Below are positions 37,549-48,935 of a DNA stretch of 64,000 bases, piece by piece (within the stretch, counting starts at the first letter, position 1; the number at the start of each line of letters is the position of its first letter). The notes below the pieces were generated by a model. It did no database searches. It was not told the DNA's origin and saw only the letters and a program-made list of their open reading frames with translations. The translations under genes and the position numbers were made by a program. The DNA is from Candidatus Thorarchaeota archaeon (lineage in GTDB: Archaea > Asgardarchaeota > Thorarchaeia > Thorarchaeales > Thorarchaeaceae). Where the stretch lies: assembly GCA_046482545.1 (NCBI GenBank), contig JAWOEX010000038.1, positions 16,240 through 80,239 on the forward strand. The letters are read 5' to 3'.

Positions 37549-38430
37549 ATGACAATCAAAAAGATAGCAGTACTAGGTGCCGGCCAGATGGGTAATGGAA
37601 TAGCCCAAGTCTGTGCTCAAGCAGGCTACGAAGTGGCAATGCGCGATATCAAGCAGGAGTTCTTAGATAAGGGCATGAAGACAATTCGAAAGAACCTTGA
37701 GAGAGGTTTGAAAAAGGACAAAATTACGGAAGAAGAAATAGAACAAGTGCTAGATTCTATAAACCCCGTACTTGATTTGGAAGAAGCCGTAAGTGACGCT
37801 GATTTAGTTATCGAGGCAGTTCCCGAAATTGTGAAGCTCAAATTGGAAGTTTGGGAGGATGTTGAAAACCTTGCGAATGACGATGCGGTATTTGCATCAA
37901 ATACTTCAAGCATTAGCATTACGCAGATGGGAGCTGTGACAAAGAGACCGGAGAGGTTTATCGGCATGCACTTCTTCAACCCTGTACCTGTTATGAAGCT
38001 CGTTGAGATTATCAGAGGGGTCGCAACAGAAGATGAAACGGTTGAAATCATTGAAGAAGTTGCAGCAGAGCTAGGAAAAGAAACGGTCCTTGTTGAAGAG
38101 GCACCAGGTTTTGCGGTCAATCGTTTGCTTGTCCCCGCCATAAACGAAGCCATTTTTGCTATTCAGGAAGGTGTTGCGACTGTGGAGGACATGGACAAAT
38201 CAATAGAACTAGGTTTGAATTGGCCAATGGGACCGCTCAAACTTGCTGACTTTGTAGGACTTGACACCTTGCTACATATCGCGGATTACTTCGTGGAAGA
38301 ATTTAAGGATTCCAAATATCGAGCACCGCCGCTGCTCAGGAAACTTGTACGTGCAGGCTGGGTAGGCAGGAAGGCAGGAAAAGGCTTCTATGACTATTCG
38401 GGGGATAAGCCAGAACCCTTAGAATTCTAA
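37549..38430 (+). CDS. hbd: 3-hydroxyacyl-CoA (3-hydroxybutyryl-CoA) dehydrogenase
   Basis: LGAGQMGNGIA, EAVPE, SNTSS, GMHFFNP, PMGPL..D.VGLD; start at ATG 37549 behind GGAG. Confidence 0.9.
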   Translation: MTIKKIAVLGAGQMGNGIAQVCAQAGYEVAMRDIKQEFLDKGMKTIRKNLERGLKKDKITEEEIEQVLDSINPVLDLEEAVSDADLVIEAVPEIVKLKLEVWEDVENLANDDAVFASNTSSISITQMGAVTKRPERFIGMHFFNPVPVMKLVEIIRGVATEDETVEIIEEVAAELGKETVLVEEAPGFAVNRLLVPAINEAIFAIQEGVATVEDMDKSIELGLNWPMGPLKLADFVGLDTLLHIADYFVEEFKDSKYRAPPLLRKLVRAGWVGRKAGKGFYDYSGDKPEPLEF

Positions 38431-38460
38431 TGGAAGAGCGCGTTCAAGAGGATATGAAAA

Positions 38461-38495
38461 CAGGGGACCAATCCAGAGTTCCCTGTGCCTTTTTT
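38461..38495 (+). terminator. Hairpin plus T-tract after hbd
   Basis: CAGGGG...TTCCCTG followed by TTTTTT. Confidence 0.5.
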
Positions 38496-38596
38496 GCGGC
38501 ATGGAATGCAAGATAGGTTGCATCAATTTGGCGATTTTCTGAAAGCAAATTAGGATTCTGAAAAGTTAATAGACTCCAATGAACTATGCATGATTA

Positions 38597-39448
38597 GTGC
38601 TTTCTATGGTTCATGAGGAAAAGGAGTATGTTGGTTACGACGGAAAGCGGATGTTTATGCATCTGTGGAGACCCGCGGATGACAAGCCACGGGCTCTGAT
38701 TGTGGCCATCCACGGGCTCGGAAGTCACGGTGGAGACATGAGAACCATAGGCGAGTTTCTTGCTGGACGGGATTTGGCGGTTTTCGCTCCTGACATGAGA
38801 GGTTTTGGACACTTCTCAGGGCTGAAAGGACATGTAATGGATTTCGACGAATACATCGAGGATATGCATAACATCATCATGCAGGCAAAAGACCAGTACA
38901 AAAACAGAATCACCTTCGCTTACGGGCATTCCTTGGGAGGGCTACATGTTATTCGATACGCTCTGACCTATCCTAAAGAGATTGATGGGAGTATCCTTTC
39001 GTGTCCTGCAGTGTCGGAAACACTGGAAATCGGAAAGGGAACGAGACTAGTAGGCAAAATCTTGTCAGTTCTGAATGTCAAGAGATATTTTGAAAACGGG
39101 ATAGAATACGAAGACCTCACAAGAAACAAAGAAGTAGTAGAAGCTCACAAAACAGACCCTCTCAGGTTTGATAAAATGACACCTCGCTTTGGTATATCTG
39201 CATTGAACGCACAGCAAGAAGCGATTGAAGCTTCTGAGATGATACGGCTGCCAGTACTCATGCAGCAGGCGGGGGCGGATAAGTTAGTATCTCCAGAGAA
39301 AGCCAAACAATTCTTTGATCGTATTAGTGCGAAGGACAAGACCTGGAAGCTGTATGATGGATTCTATCACGAGATATTCGAGGAGCCCGGCGGAGAACAG
39401 GTCTTAGCCGACCTCTACTCATGGCTAGAAAGAAGGATACCAAGATAG
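38597..39448 (+). CDS. Alpha/beta hydrolase, lysophospholipase/monoacylglycerol lipase family
   Basis: IHGLGSH, DMRGFG, GHSLGG, ADKLV, YHEIFEE. Confidence 0.88.
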   Translation: MLSMVHEEKEYVGYDGKRMFMHLWRPADDKPRALIVAIHGLGSHGGDMRTIGEFLAGRDLAVFAPDMRGFGHFSGLKGHVMDFDEYIEDMHNIIMQAKDQYKNRITFAYGHSLGGLHVIRYALTYPKEIDGSILSCPAVSETLEIGKGTRLVGKILSVLNVKRYFENGIEYEDLTRNKEVVEAHKTDPLRFDKMTPRFGISALNAQQEAIEASEMIRLPVLMQQAGADKLVSPEKAKQFFDRISAKDKTWKLYDGFYHEIFEEPGGEQVLADLYSWLERRIPR

Positions 39449-39554
39449 AAATCTGGGGTTTTGAAACACGAGGGAAAACTGAGAATGTAGAGTTCGAAAG
39501 CATTAAGAATTGTTCTTCCGTTCAATCTGAATCGAGTTCAAGTGGTGAGTGGAT

Positions 39555-40142
39555 ATGGCGAAGAAAAAGTACAGCTTCAAATGTCTAGAACAGAATTGCG
39601 AATCACAAGCGTGCCATCTTCGAGAACACGTCAATGTGACACTTGATGATTTGACAAGATGGACGGATGCCGGCTATCTGCAGAATATCCTACCCGGTTT
39701 GGTATTCAAGCTGCCCAAATCAGAGAATGAACAAATCAGGATTGTAACAATGAAAAAAGACCTAGAGAACCAGGAAGGGACTGCTTGCATCTTCTATCAC
39801 GAAGAATCAACAGCCTGTGAGATTGAATACAGTAGACCCATCTCTTGCAGAACCTATCCGCTCAAGTATAACGGCGACAAGTTCTACGTAAGCAATCGTG
39901 AATGCCCAGGAGTTGGAAAGGGCAAAATAAACCGAGAAAACTTGAAGAAAGCAAAAGAGAAAGCGGAACAGGACTTCAATGAAAGGAACAGAACAATATC
40001 GTCGCTGCCTGCGCTTTATAGCCTCATAATGGGTCAGCTCATGCAACAGTCAGCAGAGGCGATGCAGGGACTCTCTGAAGAGGATCGCAAGCGAATTCAA
40101 GACATTATGTCAAAGCAAGAGCAACAAGAAGAAAGGGAATAG
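39555..40142 (+). CDS. YkgJ family cysteine-cluster protein
   Basis: CIFY...CEIEYSRPISCRTYP, CPG. Confidence 0.75.
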   Translation: MAKKKYSFKCLEQNCESQACHLREHVNVTLDDLTRWTDAGYLQNILPGLVFKLPKSENEQIRIVTMKKDLENQEGTACIFYHEESTACEIEYSRPISCRTYPLKYNGDKFYVSNRECPGVGKGKINRENLKKAKEKAEQDFNERNRTISSLPALYSLIMGQLMQQSAEAMQGLSEEDRKRIQDIMSKQEQQEERE

Positions 40143-40149
40143 CAACCCC

Positions 40150-41259
40150 TCAGCCTTCGATTATTGCAAGGTCTCCAGGAGCATAGGTGAGGATCTCTAG
40201 GCCTTCTTCGGTTATGCAAACAAGGTCTTCCATCCTTATGCCGAATTCTCCGGGAAGGTAGATTCCAGGCTCTATGCTATGAGTCATGCCGGGAGCCAAT
40301 TCTAATGAATTACCGCGCACAAGATAAGGAGGCTCGTGAACTTGCAGTCCAATACCATGACCTAGGCGGTGAGTGAAGTACTTGCCATATCCTTCAGATT
40401 CTATGATTCTCCTTGCAATTCCATCAGCGGATTCACACCGAATCCCTGGGCCAAGTTCCTCAAGTGCAGCTTTTTGCGCTTTGACCACTACATTATAGAC
40501 CTCAAGCTGTTTTTCGGTGGGTTCTCCAACCACCCCAACTCTGGTCATATCAGTGTTATACCCGTCGACAGCACAGCCACAGTCCAAAAGAATGATATCT
40601 TTGTCTTCTAGCCCCCGGTTGCTTGGCTCTGCATGGGGGAGTGCACTGTTCTCCCCGAATTGTACTGCGGCAAAAGTAGGTTCAGCCCCACTTTCGATGA
40701 TTACATTCTCCACAATCTGTTTGAGATGCCTTTCAGTCATGCCTTTTTCAGCACTTCTTAGAGCGTTCATGACTGCTTCTTCTATTACTCGACCAGCCTT
40801 CTTCATAAGTTCCACCTCGTCTTTACTCTTGGTTAGACGCATGTCATCCACAAGTGGAGTAAGTGAGATTGTAGATGCGAACCCACCTAGTGCTTTCTTG
40901 AGATTCCAAAAGATACCCAGAGTCATATTCTCATCCAAGGCGATATGGGGTCCATCAGACTCCGCATCAATTGTTTGACCGATGAGTCGGTACGGATCCT
41001 CTTCCTCGGACCAAGGGATGAAATCATCAATCCAAGTTCTCTGTGAAATCTCTAAAAGCTCGAAATTTGGAACAATTAGAATCGGATCCTCATCGGATTG
41101 AATAATGAGAGCCACAAGCCTCTCACGCATTTCGTATTCTAGTCCTGTTAGGTACTGGAAAGTGGGTGAAGGAGTAACGAAAGCCACATCTGAGTTCATA
41201 GACATGATGAAGTCTTTGAGCGCAGAAACTCGTTCTTTGTAGACAGAAGTATTGAGCAT
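40150..41259 (-). CDS. pepQ: Xaa-Pro dipeptidase (M24B)
   Basis: LPHA, DCG..DMTR, HRLGHGIGLQVHE, EPGIY, GIRMED. Confidence 0.9.
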   Translation of the reverse strand: MLNTSVYKERVSALKDFIMSMNSDVAFVTPSPTFQYLTGLEYEMRERLVALIIQSDEDPILIVPNFELLEISQRTWIDDFIPWSEEEDPYRLIGQTIDAESDGPHIALDENMTLGIFWNLKKALGGFASTISLTPLVDDMRLTKSKDEVELMKKAGRVIEEAVMNALRSAEKGMTERHLKQIVENVIIESGAEPTFAAVQFGENSALPHAEPSNRGLEDKDIILLDCGCAVDGYNTDMTRVGVVGEPTEKQLEVYNVVVKAQKAALEELGPGIRCESADGIARRIIESEGYGKYFTHRLGHGIGLQVHEPPYLVRGNSLELAPGMTHSIEPGIYLPGEFGIRMEDLVCITEEGLEILTYAPGDLAIIEG

Positions 41260-41553
41260 TGCAGATGATAGCTCTCATTCATCCCAAATAATGGCTCCGA
41301 TTCACACAGAAATTGCACTTCAAGGAGCGTATTTCATTATGGATCTAAATATCTCCAAGTTTTTAGATTCTCGGGCCCGTGTAAAAAGTCATACCAACAT
41401 ATCGGAGTGATTCATATTATTGTTCCTGATTGTCAATATCCGTGCGTGTGAATAGCCAATTGACAGCTCATTTGAGCTTCTCACAACAATTCCGCCTACT
41501 TTTTCCACAGAGCCTGTACTCTCACAAAGCTTAAATCATTAAACATGACTCAG

Positions 41554-41572
41554 TACATAGTATCACTAGGTA
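41554..41572. promoter_or_regulatory. Putative PadR operator palindrome
   Basis: TACaTAGT-ATC-ACTAgGTA, downstream of TATA-like TTAAAT and upstream of the PadR gene. Confidence 0.5.
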
Positions 41573-41611
41573 TCGTGACGGCATGAATAACAGAACAGAG
41601 GATTGTAGTCT

Positions 41612-41971
41612 TTGAAAAAGACAGAGAGTTTTGAGGACAGCTGGAAAGTAGAGATGCGCAGAGGGATACTTCAATATGCAATCCTAGCAATTGTAAGGAA
41701 TAATCAAGATGGGATTCACGGGTATGGCATTGCCAAGGAACTCAACCAAAGAACTGATAGCGTTCTCAAAGTAAAGGATGGAACACTTTATCCCATCTTG
41801 CACAGACTTAGAAATGAGCGTCTCCTTAATGTTCATACCGAGAAATCTGATGCTGGGCCAAAACGGAAAGTGTACGTGCTCACCGCTGAAGGAGATAGAG
41901 TCCTAAGAGCAATGAATGTCATTCTCGACGAAATGATGGCGAAGCTGGAGCTGCTTAGAAATGGAGAGTAA
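41612..41971 (+). CDS. PadR family transcription regulator
   Basis: MRRGIL, HGYGI, GTLYPILHRL, GPKRKVYVLT. Confidence 0.92.
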   Translation: MKKTESFEDSWKVEMRRGILQYAILAIVRNNQDGIHGYGIAKELNQRTDSVLKVKDGTLYPILHRLRNERLLNVHTEKSDAGPKRKVYVLTAEGDRVLRAMNVILDEMMAKLELLRNGE

Positions 41972-42425
41972 AGAAATCCAAAATCGAATTGAGGATTATC
42001 TCAACAAGGTCAGAATACGTTTGCCAGAAGGGGTCAATCGCAAAGAGATAATCGAGGAACTGAAAGTTCACATAAATGATGCTCTTTCAGACAAGTTGCA
42101 CAACACTCCCTCAGAATCCCCAATGGCTCTGCTTGAGAATGTCCTGAATAGTTTGGGCTCTCCAGAAGAGATTGCTTCTGAATACCACAAGGAGATGTCC
42201 GAAGGCGCGGTTTGGACAGCTAAAAGAAAGAGAATGCTCCATATGATAGGGCGCCTTGTAGTAGTGTTGTTTGTTGTCCTTGTTGCTAGTCTATGGCTCT
42301 CAAGTAGAATACCGAGAATCGGTTTTGTTCCATTAGTCTTGATTCTACTGCTCTTTGCTATACCAGAATGGTTGATTAAGCTGTACCAAGGTGGAGTCTT
42401 TGTATTCCATGAAGAAGAGAATTAG
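41961..42425 (+). CDS. HAAS-domain membrane protein (PadR partner)
   Basis: IEDYL...EIIEELKVHI...LGSPEEIA plus 2 TM helices. Confidence 0.8.
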   Translation: MESKEIQNRIEDYLNKVRIRLPEGVNRKEIIEELKVHINDALSDKLHNTPSESPMALLENVLNSLGSPEEIASEYHKEMSEGAVWTAKRKRMLHMIGRLVVVLFVVLVASLWLSSRIPRIGFVPLVLILLLFAIPEWLIKLYQGGVFVFHEEEN

Positions 42426-42459
42426 TTACCTTGATATGACGGCCGGTTAACATAGGGGT

Positions 42460-43029
42460 ATGTCTAAGAGTACACACTATTTCGATCATGCCTCGTCTGA
42501 GCACACAGACGTAGTGCTTAATACCGTAAAGGAGCATCTGAAAGAACATCCTGAAATCAAGCGCATTGTTGTCGCCACAACAGAGGGCTCAACGGGTGCA
42601 AGAGTAGCAGAGACGTTTTTTGATAAAGATGTCGTTGTGGTTACCCACATGACTGGCTTCTCCGAGCCAAATGAGAATGAGCTTAAGCCCGCTAACCGGA
42701 AAGAAATGGAAAAGCATGAAGCAGAAATCCTCACATCTACTCACGCCCTTGCCGGGATTGCAAGAAGTTTCAGAAAAGAACTCGGAACGTGGACTGCCAC
42801 CGAACTGATGGCTGTGGCATTTCGTACATTTGGACAGGGAACAAAGGTCTGTGCTGAAATAGCAATGATGGCAGCTGATGCAGGCTTAGTTCGAATAGAT
42901 GAGGATGTAATCTGTATCGGGGGTACCGGCAGAGGAGCAGACACAGCTTGGGTGATACAACCAGCCAATACCAGTGCATTTCCAAATCTTAAGATGCGAG
43001 TTTGTCTGTGTAAACCACGGGATTTCTAG
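42460..43029 (+). CDS. Pyruvate kinase C-terminal-like protein (COG1751-type)
   Basis: [37 protein letters not shown]. Confidence 0.85.
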   Translation: MSKSTHYFDHASSEHTDVVLNTVKEHLKEHPEIKRIVVATTEGSTGARVAETFFDKDVVVVTHMTGFSEPNENELKPANRKEMEKHEAEILTSTHALAGIARSFRKELGTWTATELMAVAFRTFGQGTKVCAEIAMMAADAGLVRIDEDVICIGGTGRGADTAWVIQPANTSAFPNLKMRVCLCKPRDF

Positions 43030-44057
43030 CTGAAGACATCCTTGAATTTGCTAAGGTACTCGCGCTGTTGGTCGCTGAGGTCTTCGGGTATAGCGATGTG
43101 GACTCGAACCAGCTGATCACCTTCCCTGCCGTCATCAGCATGGACACCTTTTCCGCGCATCCTGAATAATTTCCCGCCTCTCGTCCCAGCAGGTATGTCC
43201 ATTTTGCTCTTTCCGTACATCGTGGGAACTTCAACTTCTCCCCCGAGAACTGCCACTGAAAATGGTATGTCCATTTCCATGTAGACATGAAGCCCACGTC
43301 GAACAAACCGATCGTGTGACTCCACAGAAAAGACAACAATGAGATCTCCATAGGGTCCGCCTCTTGCACCAGCATTTCCTGCCCCCCGAATTCTCTGACC
43401 CATTCCATCTTCAATCCCCGCAGGAATTGGGACTTCAATTTCCTTTCTTTCAGTTTTCAGACCTGAACCATTGCACTCAGGACACGGGGTGTCGATAATC
43501 TCGCCAGAGCCATGACAGCGTGGACAAGTTTGAGAAACGCGCATGAATCCACCCATCGACCGCATCACTTGCCCCCGTCCATGACACTGGGGACAGGTTC
43601 TAGGTGAGGTGCCTTCAGCCGCGCCAGTACCCCCGCACTCGTCACATTTTACTTTCCGTTTGAAAGCAATGTTCTTCTCAGTACCGAAAAATGCCTCTTC
43701 AAATGTGAGCTTGATTCTTATACGCAGGTCCTCGCCTGGCGGTGGACCGCTTCTGCGGCTGCGTCCAAAGCCCCCAAATCCTCCAAAAAACTGCTTGAAG
43801 AGATCCCCTAATCCGTCCATCCTGATGCCATCAGTGTCAGCAGTTCCAAATCGGTCATAATTTGCTCTCTTCTCGGGGTCCTTCAAGACCTCGTATGCCT
43901 TGTTTATCTGCTTAAGCTTCTCTTCAGCTTTCTTGTTAGGATTTCGATCTGGGTGATACTTTTTTGCAAGCTTTCGATAGGCTCGCTTAATCTCATCCTG
44001 AGTGGCGTTTCTGTCCACCCCTAGGATGTCGTAATAGTCCTCTTCAGCCAAGCCCAT
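43026..44057 (-). CDS. dnaJ: Chaperone DnaJ
   Basis: J-domain HPD, G/F-rich region, four CxxCxGxG repeats. Confidence 0.97.
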   Translation of the reverse strand: MGLAEEDYYDILGVDRNATQDEIKRAYRKLAKKYHPDRNPNKKAEEKLKQINKAYEVLKDPEKRANYDRFGTADTDGIRMDGLGDLFKQFFGGFGGFGRSRRSGPPPGEDLRIRIKLTFEEAFFGTEKNIAFKRKVKCDECGGTGAAEGTSPRTCPQCHGRGQVMRSMGGFMRVSQTCPRCHGSGEIIDTPCPECNGSGLKTERKEIEVPIPAGIEDGMGQRIRGAGNAGARGGPYGDLIVVFSVESHDRFVRRGLHVYMEMDIPFSVAVLGGEVEVPTMYGKSKMDIPAGTRGGKLFRMRGKGVHADDGREGDQLVRVHIAIPEDLSDQQREYLSKFKDVFS

Positions 44058-44075
44058 TCACCAAGTGTCGAGAGC

Positions 44076-45971
44076 TTAGTCCTCATCGATGTCTTCGAAA
44101 TCAACATCCACAACCGAGTCTTCATCGATGTCATCTTCACTCGATGAATCGCCAGTGCCTGCAGGACCCTGTGCTCCCATTTGACTTGGGTCAAAACCTG
44201 CGGCTCCCATCTGACTTGGATCAAAACCTTGTGCACCTGGGCCTCCTCCACCGTACACCTTCTGGGAGATTTCGTAGATTATCTCCTTTACAGATTCCGT
44301 GCCGGATTTCATTTTCTCAAGATCCTCCTCTTCGATCGCTTTCTTCAAAGACTCAGATTCTTTCTTGAGATTCTCCTTAAGATCATCAGGTACTTTGTCT
44401 TCGAAATCTTTTAGGAGTTTTTCGCCTTGGTAAATCATTTGATTAGCCGTATTCTTGGCATCAATGATAGCCTCACGCTTCTTGTCCTCTTCAGCATACT
44501 TTTCTGCCTCTTCTACCATATCTTCAATTTCATCTTCAGAGAGGTTGGTAGTAGCCTTGATTGTTATAGACTGCTCATTGCCGGTAGCTTTGTCCTCGGC
44601 CTTGACATTCACAATACCATTTGCATCGATATCAAAGGTAACTTCAATCTGTGGTGTCCCTCGTGGCGCTGGTGGGATACCCACGAGTTGAAACTTGCCA
44701 AGACTCATGTTATCCTTGGCGAGAGGACGTTCACCTTGTACAACATGAATATCAACAGCAGTCTGTCCGTCGGCAGCAGTAGTGAACACCTTGCTCTTTT
44801 TCGTTGGAATAGTTGTATTGCGAGGAATGAGAGGTGTTGCTTTGCCGCCAAGTGTTTCAACGGCCAGTGTCAACGGAGTCACATCAAGCAATAGGATGTC
44901 CTTGGTTTCTCCTGAAAGAACACCTGCCTGAACGGCTGCGCCTAGAGCCACTACTTCATCCGGATTGATACTCTTTTCTCCTTCCTTGCCAAAGATGCCC
45001 CGTACGCTTTCTTGAATCATGGGCATCCGTGTAGCGCCTCCCACAAGCAGAATCTTATCAACCTCTTCAGGTTCTAGCTTTGCATCAGATAGCGCACGAC
45101 GCAAGGGACCCATAGTCTTTTGAACTAAGTCTTCGGTCATTTGTTCAAGCTTAGCCCTAGTAAGATCAAGGTCGATATGCTTGGGGCCGCTCTCATCAGC
45201 AGTAATGTAAGGCAAGTTGATGTTAGTCTCTTTCACTGTTGAAAGCTCAATCTTGGCTTGTTCGGCCGCTTCCTTGATTCTTTGCATGGCCGTCAAGTCT
45301 TCGGATAAATCGATGCCATGTTCCTTCTTGAACTCGTCTACTATCCAATCCATTACTCGCTGATCCCAATCATCGCCACCCAGCTTGGTGTCACCAGAAG
45401 TGGACATAACCTCGTAAACATCCTCAGCTACGTCTAGTATTGAGACATCGAAAGTACCTCCACCAAGGTCATAGACAAGGACTTTCATCTCTTCCTTCTT
45501 GCCGAGACCGTAGGCGAGAGTTGATGCTGTAGGTTCATTGACAATTCTAAGAACATCCAACCCTGCAATACGACCCGCATCCTTGGTGGCCTGTCGCTGA
45601 CTATCATTGAAGTACGCAGGTACAGTAATTACTGCTTTTTCGATTTCCTCATCAAGATACTCTTTTGCATCGTTCTTCAGTTTCCTGAGAATCATCGCAG
45701 AGATTTCTTGGGGGGTGTACTGTTTATCATCAATCTCAACTGTGTAATCCTCACCCATGTGTCGCTTGATGGACCTAACAGTACGGTCAGGCATAGATAT
45801 TGCCTGCCGCTTGGCCAGTTCCCCCACGATAATCTCGCCTTTCTCAGTTATGCCTACAACCGATGGAGTAAGCCTCTTCCCTTCCGCATTGGGAATTATC
45901 TGAGGCTTTCCTCCTTCCATATAGGCTATTCCGCTATTTGTAGTGCCCAAATCTATGCCAACTACTGTCAA
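44076..45971 (-). CDS. dnaK: Chaperone DnaK (Hsp70)
   Basis: [32 protein letters not shown]. Confidence 0.98.
   Translation of the reverse strand: MTVVGIDLGTTNSGIAYMEGGKPQIIPNAEGKRLTPSVVGITEKGEIIVGELAKRQAISMPDRTVRSIKRHMGEDYTVEIDDKQYTPQEISAMILRKLKNDAKEYLDEEIEKAVITVPAYFNDSQRQATKDAGRIAGLDVLRIVNEPTASTLAYGLGKKEEMKVLVYDLGGGTFDVSILDVAEDVYEVMSTSGDTKLGGDDWDQRVMDWIVDEFKKEHGIDLSEDLTAMQRIKEAAEQAKIELSTVKETNINLPYITADESGPKHIDLDLTRAKLEQMTEDLVQKTMGPLRRALSDAKLEPEEVDKILLVGGATRMPMIQESVRGIFGKEGEKSINPDEVVALGAAVQAGVLSGETKDILLLDVTPLTLAVETLGGKATPLIPRNTTIPTKKSKVFTTAADGQTAVDIHVVQGERPLAKDNMSLGKFQLVGIPPAPRGTPQIEVTFDIDANGIVNVKAEDKATGNEQSITIKATTNLSEDEIEDMVEEAEKYAEEDKKREAIIDAKNTANQMIYQGEKLLKDFEDKVPDDLKENLKKESESLKKAIEEEDLEKMKSGTESVKEIIYEISQKVYGGGGPGAQGFDPSQMGAAGFDPSQMGAQGPAGTGDSSSEDDIDEDSVVDVDFEDIDED
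44173..44232 (-). repeat. 30-nt tandem duplication in the dnaK tail (GFDPSQMGA x2)
   Basis: GCTCCCAT(T/C)TGACTTGG(G/A)TCAAAACCT occurs twice. Confidence 0.85.
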
Positions 45972-45977
45972 TTTTAA

Positions 45978-46583
45978 TCACTCACCAGTATCATTACTTT
46001 TATCGTTACTATTGTCTGTTATATCCTCATCATCAATCTCATGTCTATTGACGCAAACAAGTGCAGGACGCAGCACCTTATTCCTCAGCATGTAACCCTT
46101 CTGGTATTCTTCTAGTACAATACCATCAGGTTCGCTAGGGTTATGTACTTTCTGAATCGCATGTTGATAATACGGATCGAATTTCTCTTCACCACGGTCT
46201 ATGGGGCGAACATCCTCATTGTTGAATATCTTTTCAATCTGTTTCCCAATCGCTGCAACTCCTTCTTTAGCTTCATGAGGATTCTTCTCGAAATCTACTT
46301 CCAGTGCTCTTTCCACGTTATCGTATACATCCAAGAGCTTCAGCAGGATTGATTCACCAGCAACTCCTCGTATTTCATCAATCCTCTTATTCATTCGCTT
46401 CTTGTAGTTCTGAAACTCTGCTTGGAGCCGATGAAGTCTGTCTGTCAATTCGTCCGTTTGCTCCTTATGCTCTAATAGTCTTTGCTCAAGATAGTTCTCA
46501 GGAGTCAGCTCAAATGCTTCTGGCTCAGTGGCCTCTTCGGATTTATCTGATATATTCATCGCAGTTTCCTCTTCATCCTGCAT
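45978..46583 (-). CDS. grpE: Nucleotide exchange factor GrpE
   Basis: RLQAEFQNYKKR, DNVERAL, FDPYYQHAI, KGYMLRNKVLRPA. Confidence 0.95.
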   Translation of the reverse strand: MQDEEETAMNISDKSEEATEPEAFELTPENYLEQRLLEHKEQTDELTDRLHRLQAEFQNYKKRMNKRIDEIRGVAGESILLKLLDVYDNVERALEVDFEKNPHEAKEGVAAIGKQIEKIFNNEDVRPIDRGEEKFDPYYQHAIQKVHNPSEPDGIVLEEYQKGYMLRNKVLRPALVCVNRHEIDDEDITDNSNDKSNDTGE

Positions 46584-46810
46584 TGTTCGGTCACCCTATT
46601 TATTCAAGACTGACTCTGATTGGCAAACATGCACAGAAGCAAGCCAATTCTACGAATCGGCTGCAATACGACCGTACAGGTCGCATCCCCATTGGTGACT
46701 CTTGGCGTGAATCCCGGTTCTAACAAGAAAAACTTTTCGTCTTATGATATTACAAACGGACGCATCTGATAACCGAAAGTAACATTTAGAGAGATGCAAG
46801 TATCATCAAT

Positions 46811-47551
46811 ATGTCATTAGATGAGGCTGTTACCAAGGCAAGGAGATGGGTCGAGGAAGCTGAGAATATCTCGGCTCTAACTGGGGCGGGCATTAGCGTG
46901 GATTCAGGTATACCAGATTTTCGCTCGGAAGGGGGGTTATGGGATAAATACAACCCAAATGAGTATGCTACGTATGATAGCTTCATGAGAGACCCGAGTA
47001 AATTCTGGGAGATGGGACAGGAGCTGGCTGGCGTTATTCTGGACGCTAGCCCGAACGAGGCTCACAAAGCATTAGCTAAGTTGGAGAAAGAGAGCAAGCT
47101 TCTGGGGATTATCACTCAGAATATAGACAACCTTCATCAAGAAGCCGGTAATGAGAAAGTGGTAGAACTCCATGGTAACTATCTCAGGGCTTATTGCTTG
47201 GAATGTGGCAAGCGGTATGTAGGAGAAAAAATTCAGCGGAGAGTAGTGGAAGGTCAAATACCGCCAGCTTGCGATGGATGCGGAGGAATACTGAAATCTG
47301 AAGCGATACTCTTTGGCGAACCGTTACCTGAAGGAGTCATGTCGGAGGCAATACGTATCTGTCGAAAAACGGATCTCATGCTCGTTATTGGAACCAGCCT
47401 GCAAGTATACCCAGCAGCATATTTGCCACATCTAGCGAAGAAATCTGATGCCAAAATAGTACTCGTTAACCTGCATGGTGATAACCGTGAAGGGGTAGCA
47501 GATCTTGTGCTTGAAGGAAGGGCTGCAGATATAATGCCTAGAATTGTCTAA
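46811..47551 (+). CDS. cobB: NAD-dependent protein deacylase (sirtuin)
   Basis: GAGISVDSGIPDFR, TQNIDNLH, ELHG, Zn CxxC pairs, GTSLQVYPAA. Confidence 0.93.
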   Translation: MSLDEAVTKARRWVEEAENISALTGAGISVDSGIPDFRSEGGLWDKYNPNEYATYDSFMRDPSKFWEMGQELAGVILDASPNEAHKALAKLEKESKLLGIITQNIDNLHQEAGNEKVVELHGNYLRAYCLECGKRYVGEKIQRRVVEGQIPPACDGCGGILKSEAILFGEPLPEGVMSEAIRICRKTDLMLVIGTSLQVYPAAYLPHLAKKSDAKIVLVNLHGDNREGVADLVLEGRAADIMPRIV

Positions 47552-47898
47552 GCGACAATTCCAAAGCCAAACCACGAATATGCTGCGAAAATCCCCGGAG
47601 CTATGATCACCGAGAGCAAGATGGTTATTACTCCGGGCAAATAGAGGTCATTATCCATCATCCAGAGACCAACATAGGAATATGCATAAGCTACACAGCA
47701 AGTGGTGAACCCCATAACAATAACAGGGATTATTGGTAGGGCTATGGCAAACCAACCACTTTCAACAATCCACAGTGGACCGTTGATGGAAAGCATTACC
47801 AAAGCTACCCTGACGGCCAAATATACAATAGCAGAAACGAATATTCCAACTTGTGAAAAGGTCAACCTTGGCGACAGACTCATTTTAACCGCTACCAT
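47548..47898 (-). CDS. Small membrane protein
   Basis: Three hydrophobic segments. Confidence 0.55.
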   Translation of the reverse strand: MVAVKMSLSPRLTFSQVGIFVSAIVYLAVRVALVMLSINGPLWIVESGWFAIALPIIPVIVMGFTTCCVAYAYSYVGLWMMDNDLYLPGVITILLSVIIAPGIFAAYSWFGFGIVA

Positions 47899-47942
47899 GA
47901 CTTAGGGTACAGGTATACGAGTAAAGCCTTTTCGGTTTAGAG

Positions 47943-48935
47943 ATGAAAAAAATGCAAACTCACGGAAGCATGAATAACCTTGCTTGGAAAATCAGTTCTT
48001 GTGGACAGCTTGCCTTACTAATTGAAGCAAGTGCTCCTAAGCCGGGTAACGTGAGTAGGATAAACCGCTTTTCCGATACCGAGTATCGGCATTATCTATC
48101 TAGTGCTGCTCAAGCAGGCAAGGGGATATTTCGTGCGGCCCAGACAGGTGTATGGCTTGCAGAAGAGAAATTGGACTATAATCAATCGAATCTGGGCGAA
48201 CTGATATTGTTGTCCGAGAAAGAAGCTCTTGGTGGTTTCGCTGGGCAGAATACCGTTTTTGGAGCCATTCTTCTACTGATTCCTCTTACGGTTGCTCTTT
48301 CTTCAAGTATAGCACATAGAGGTGAAGTAAACTCTGCGTTAGTTGAGGAGTGTCTCGGGAGGCTTATTGAAAACACAACCGTAGAAGATGCTATTGCCTT
48401 TTCTCGCTCCTTCGAGATGATTGAGTTCCGAGATTACGAAAAGAAGCAAGATAGGGACTGGAATGAAATCCACGAACGATACGATATGACGAATTCTGAG
48501 ATAAGAGACAATATAAGGATGGACAAGCTGACTCTTGGCGAACTGCTCAGAATCTCCGCTCCTATCGACCCGTTGTGTAGAGAGATATCTGAATCATATC
48601 CCCTAGTTTTGCACGAACTGTATCCCCGACTCTCAAGTATGAGTCAAGCAATCGAAGGGATAGAAGAGGCTGTAGTGAAGCTTTTCATCTGGCTTCTATC
48701 TGAACGAGTGGACGGACACATACTTCGTAAGAAAGGCCTAGAAACCGCCCAGCTGGTCAGAGAGAAAGCACGTGAAACCATATCCAGCTATGATCTCAAC
48801 GAAAACTTGGGTGGTGCGGTTGCTCACCTTGAAGAGTCTCTGCCTAGTGGAATCAATCCGGGAACTACCGCTGACTTCATCGCGGGCACGATTATGTATT
48901 GGCTGGTGGATAAGCGCTTCTTAACTAGCCAATGA
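47943..48935 (+). CDS. citG: CitG family protein (triphosphoribosyl-dephospho-CoA synthase-like)
   Basis: IEASAPKPGNV, NTVFGAILL, DGHILRKKG, NPGTTAD. Confidence 0.85.
   Translation: MKKMQTHGSMNNLAWKISSCGQLALLIEASAPKPGNVSRINRFSDTEYRHYLSSAAQAGKGIFRAAQTGVWLAEEKLDYNQSNLGELILLSEKEALGGFAGQNTVFGAILLLIPLTVALSSSIAHRGEVNSALVEECLGRLIENTTVEDAIAFSRSFEMIEFRDYEKKQDRDWNEIHERYDMTNSEIRDNIRMDKLTLGELLRISAPIDPLCREISESYPLVLHELYPRLSSMSQAIEGIEEAVVKLFIWLLSERVDGHILRKKGLETAQLVREKARETISSYDLNENLGGAVAHLEESLPSGINPGTTADFIAGTIMYWLVDKRFLTSQ

Noticed and set aside
46584-46810. CIRCE or other heat-shock operator upstream of grpE
   Set aside because: No TTAGCACTC-N9-GAGTGCTAA; only weak AT-rich symmetry.
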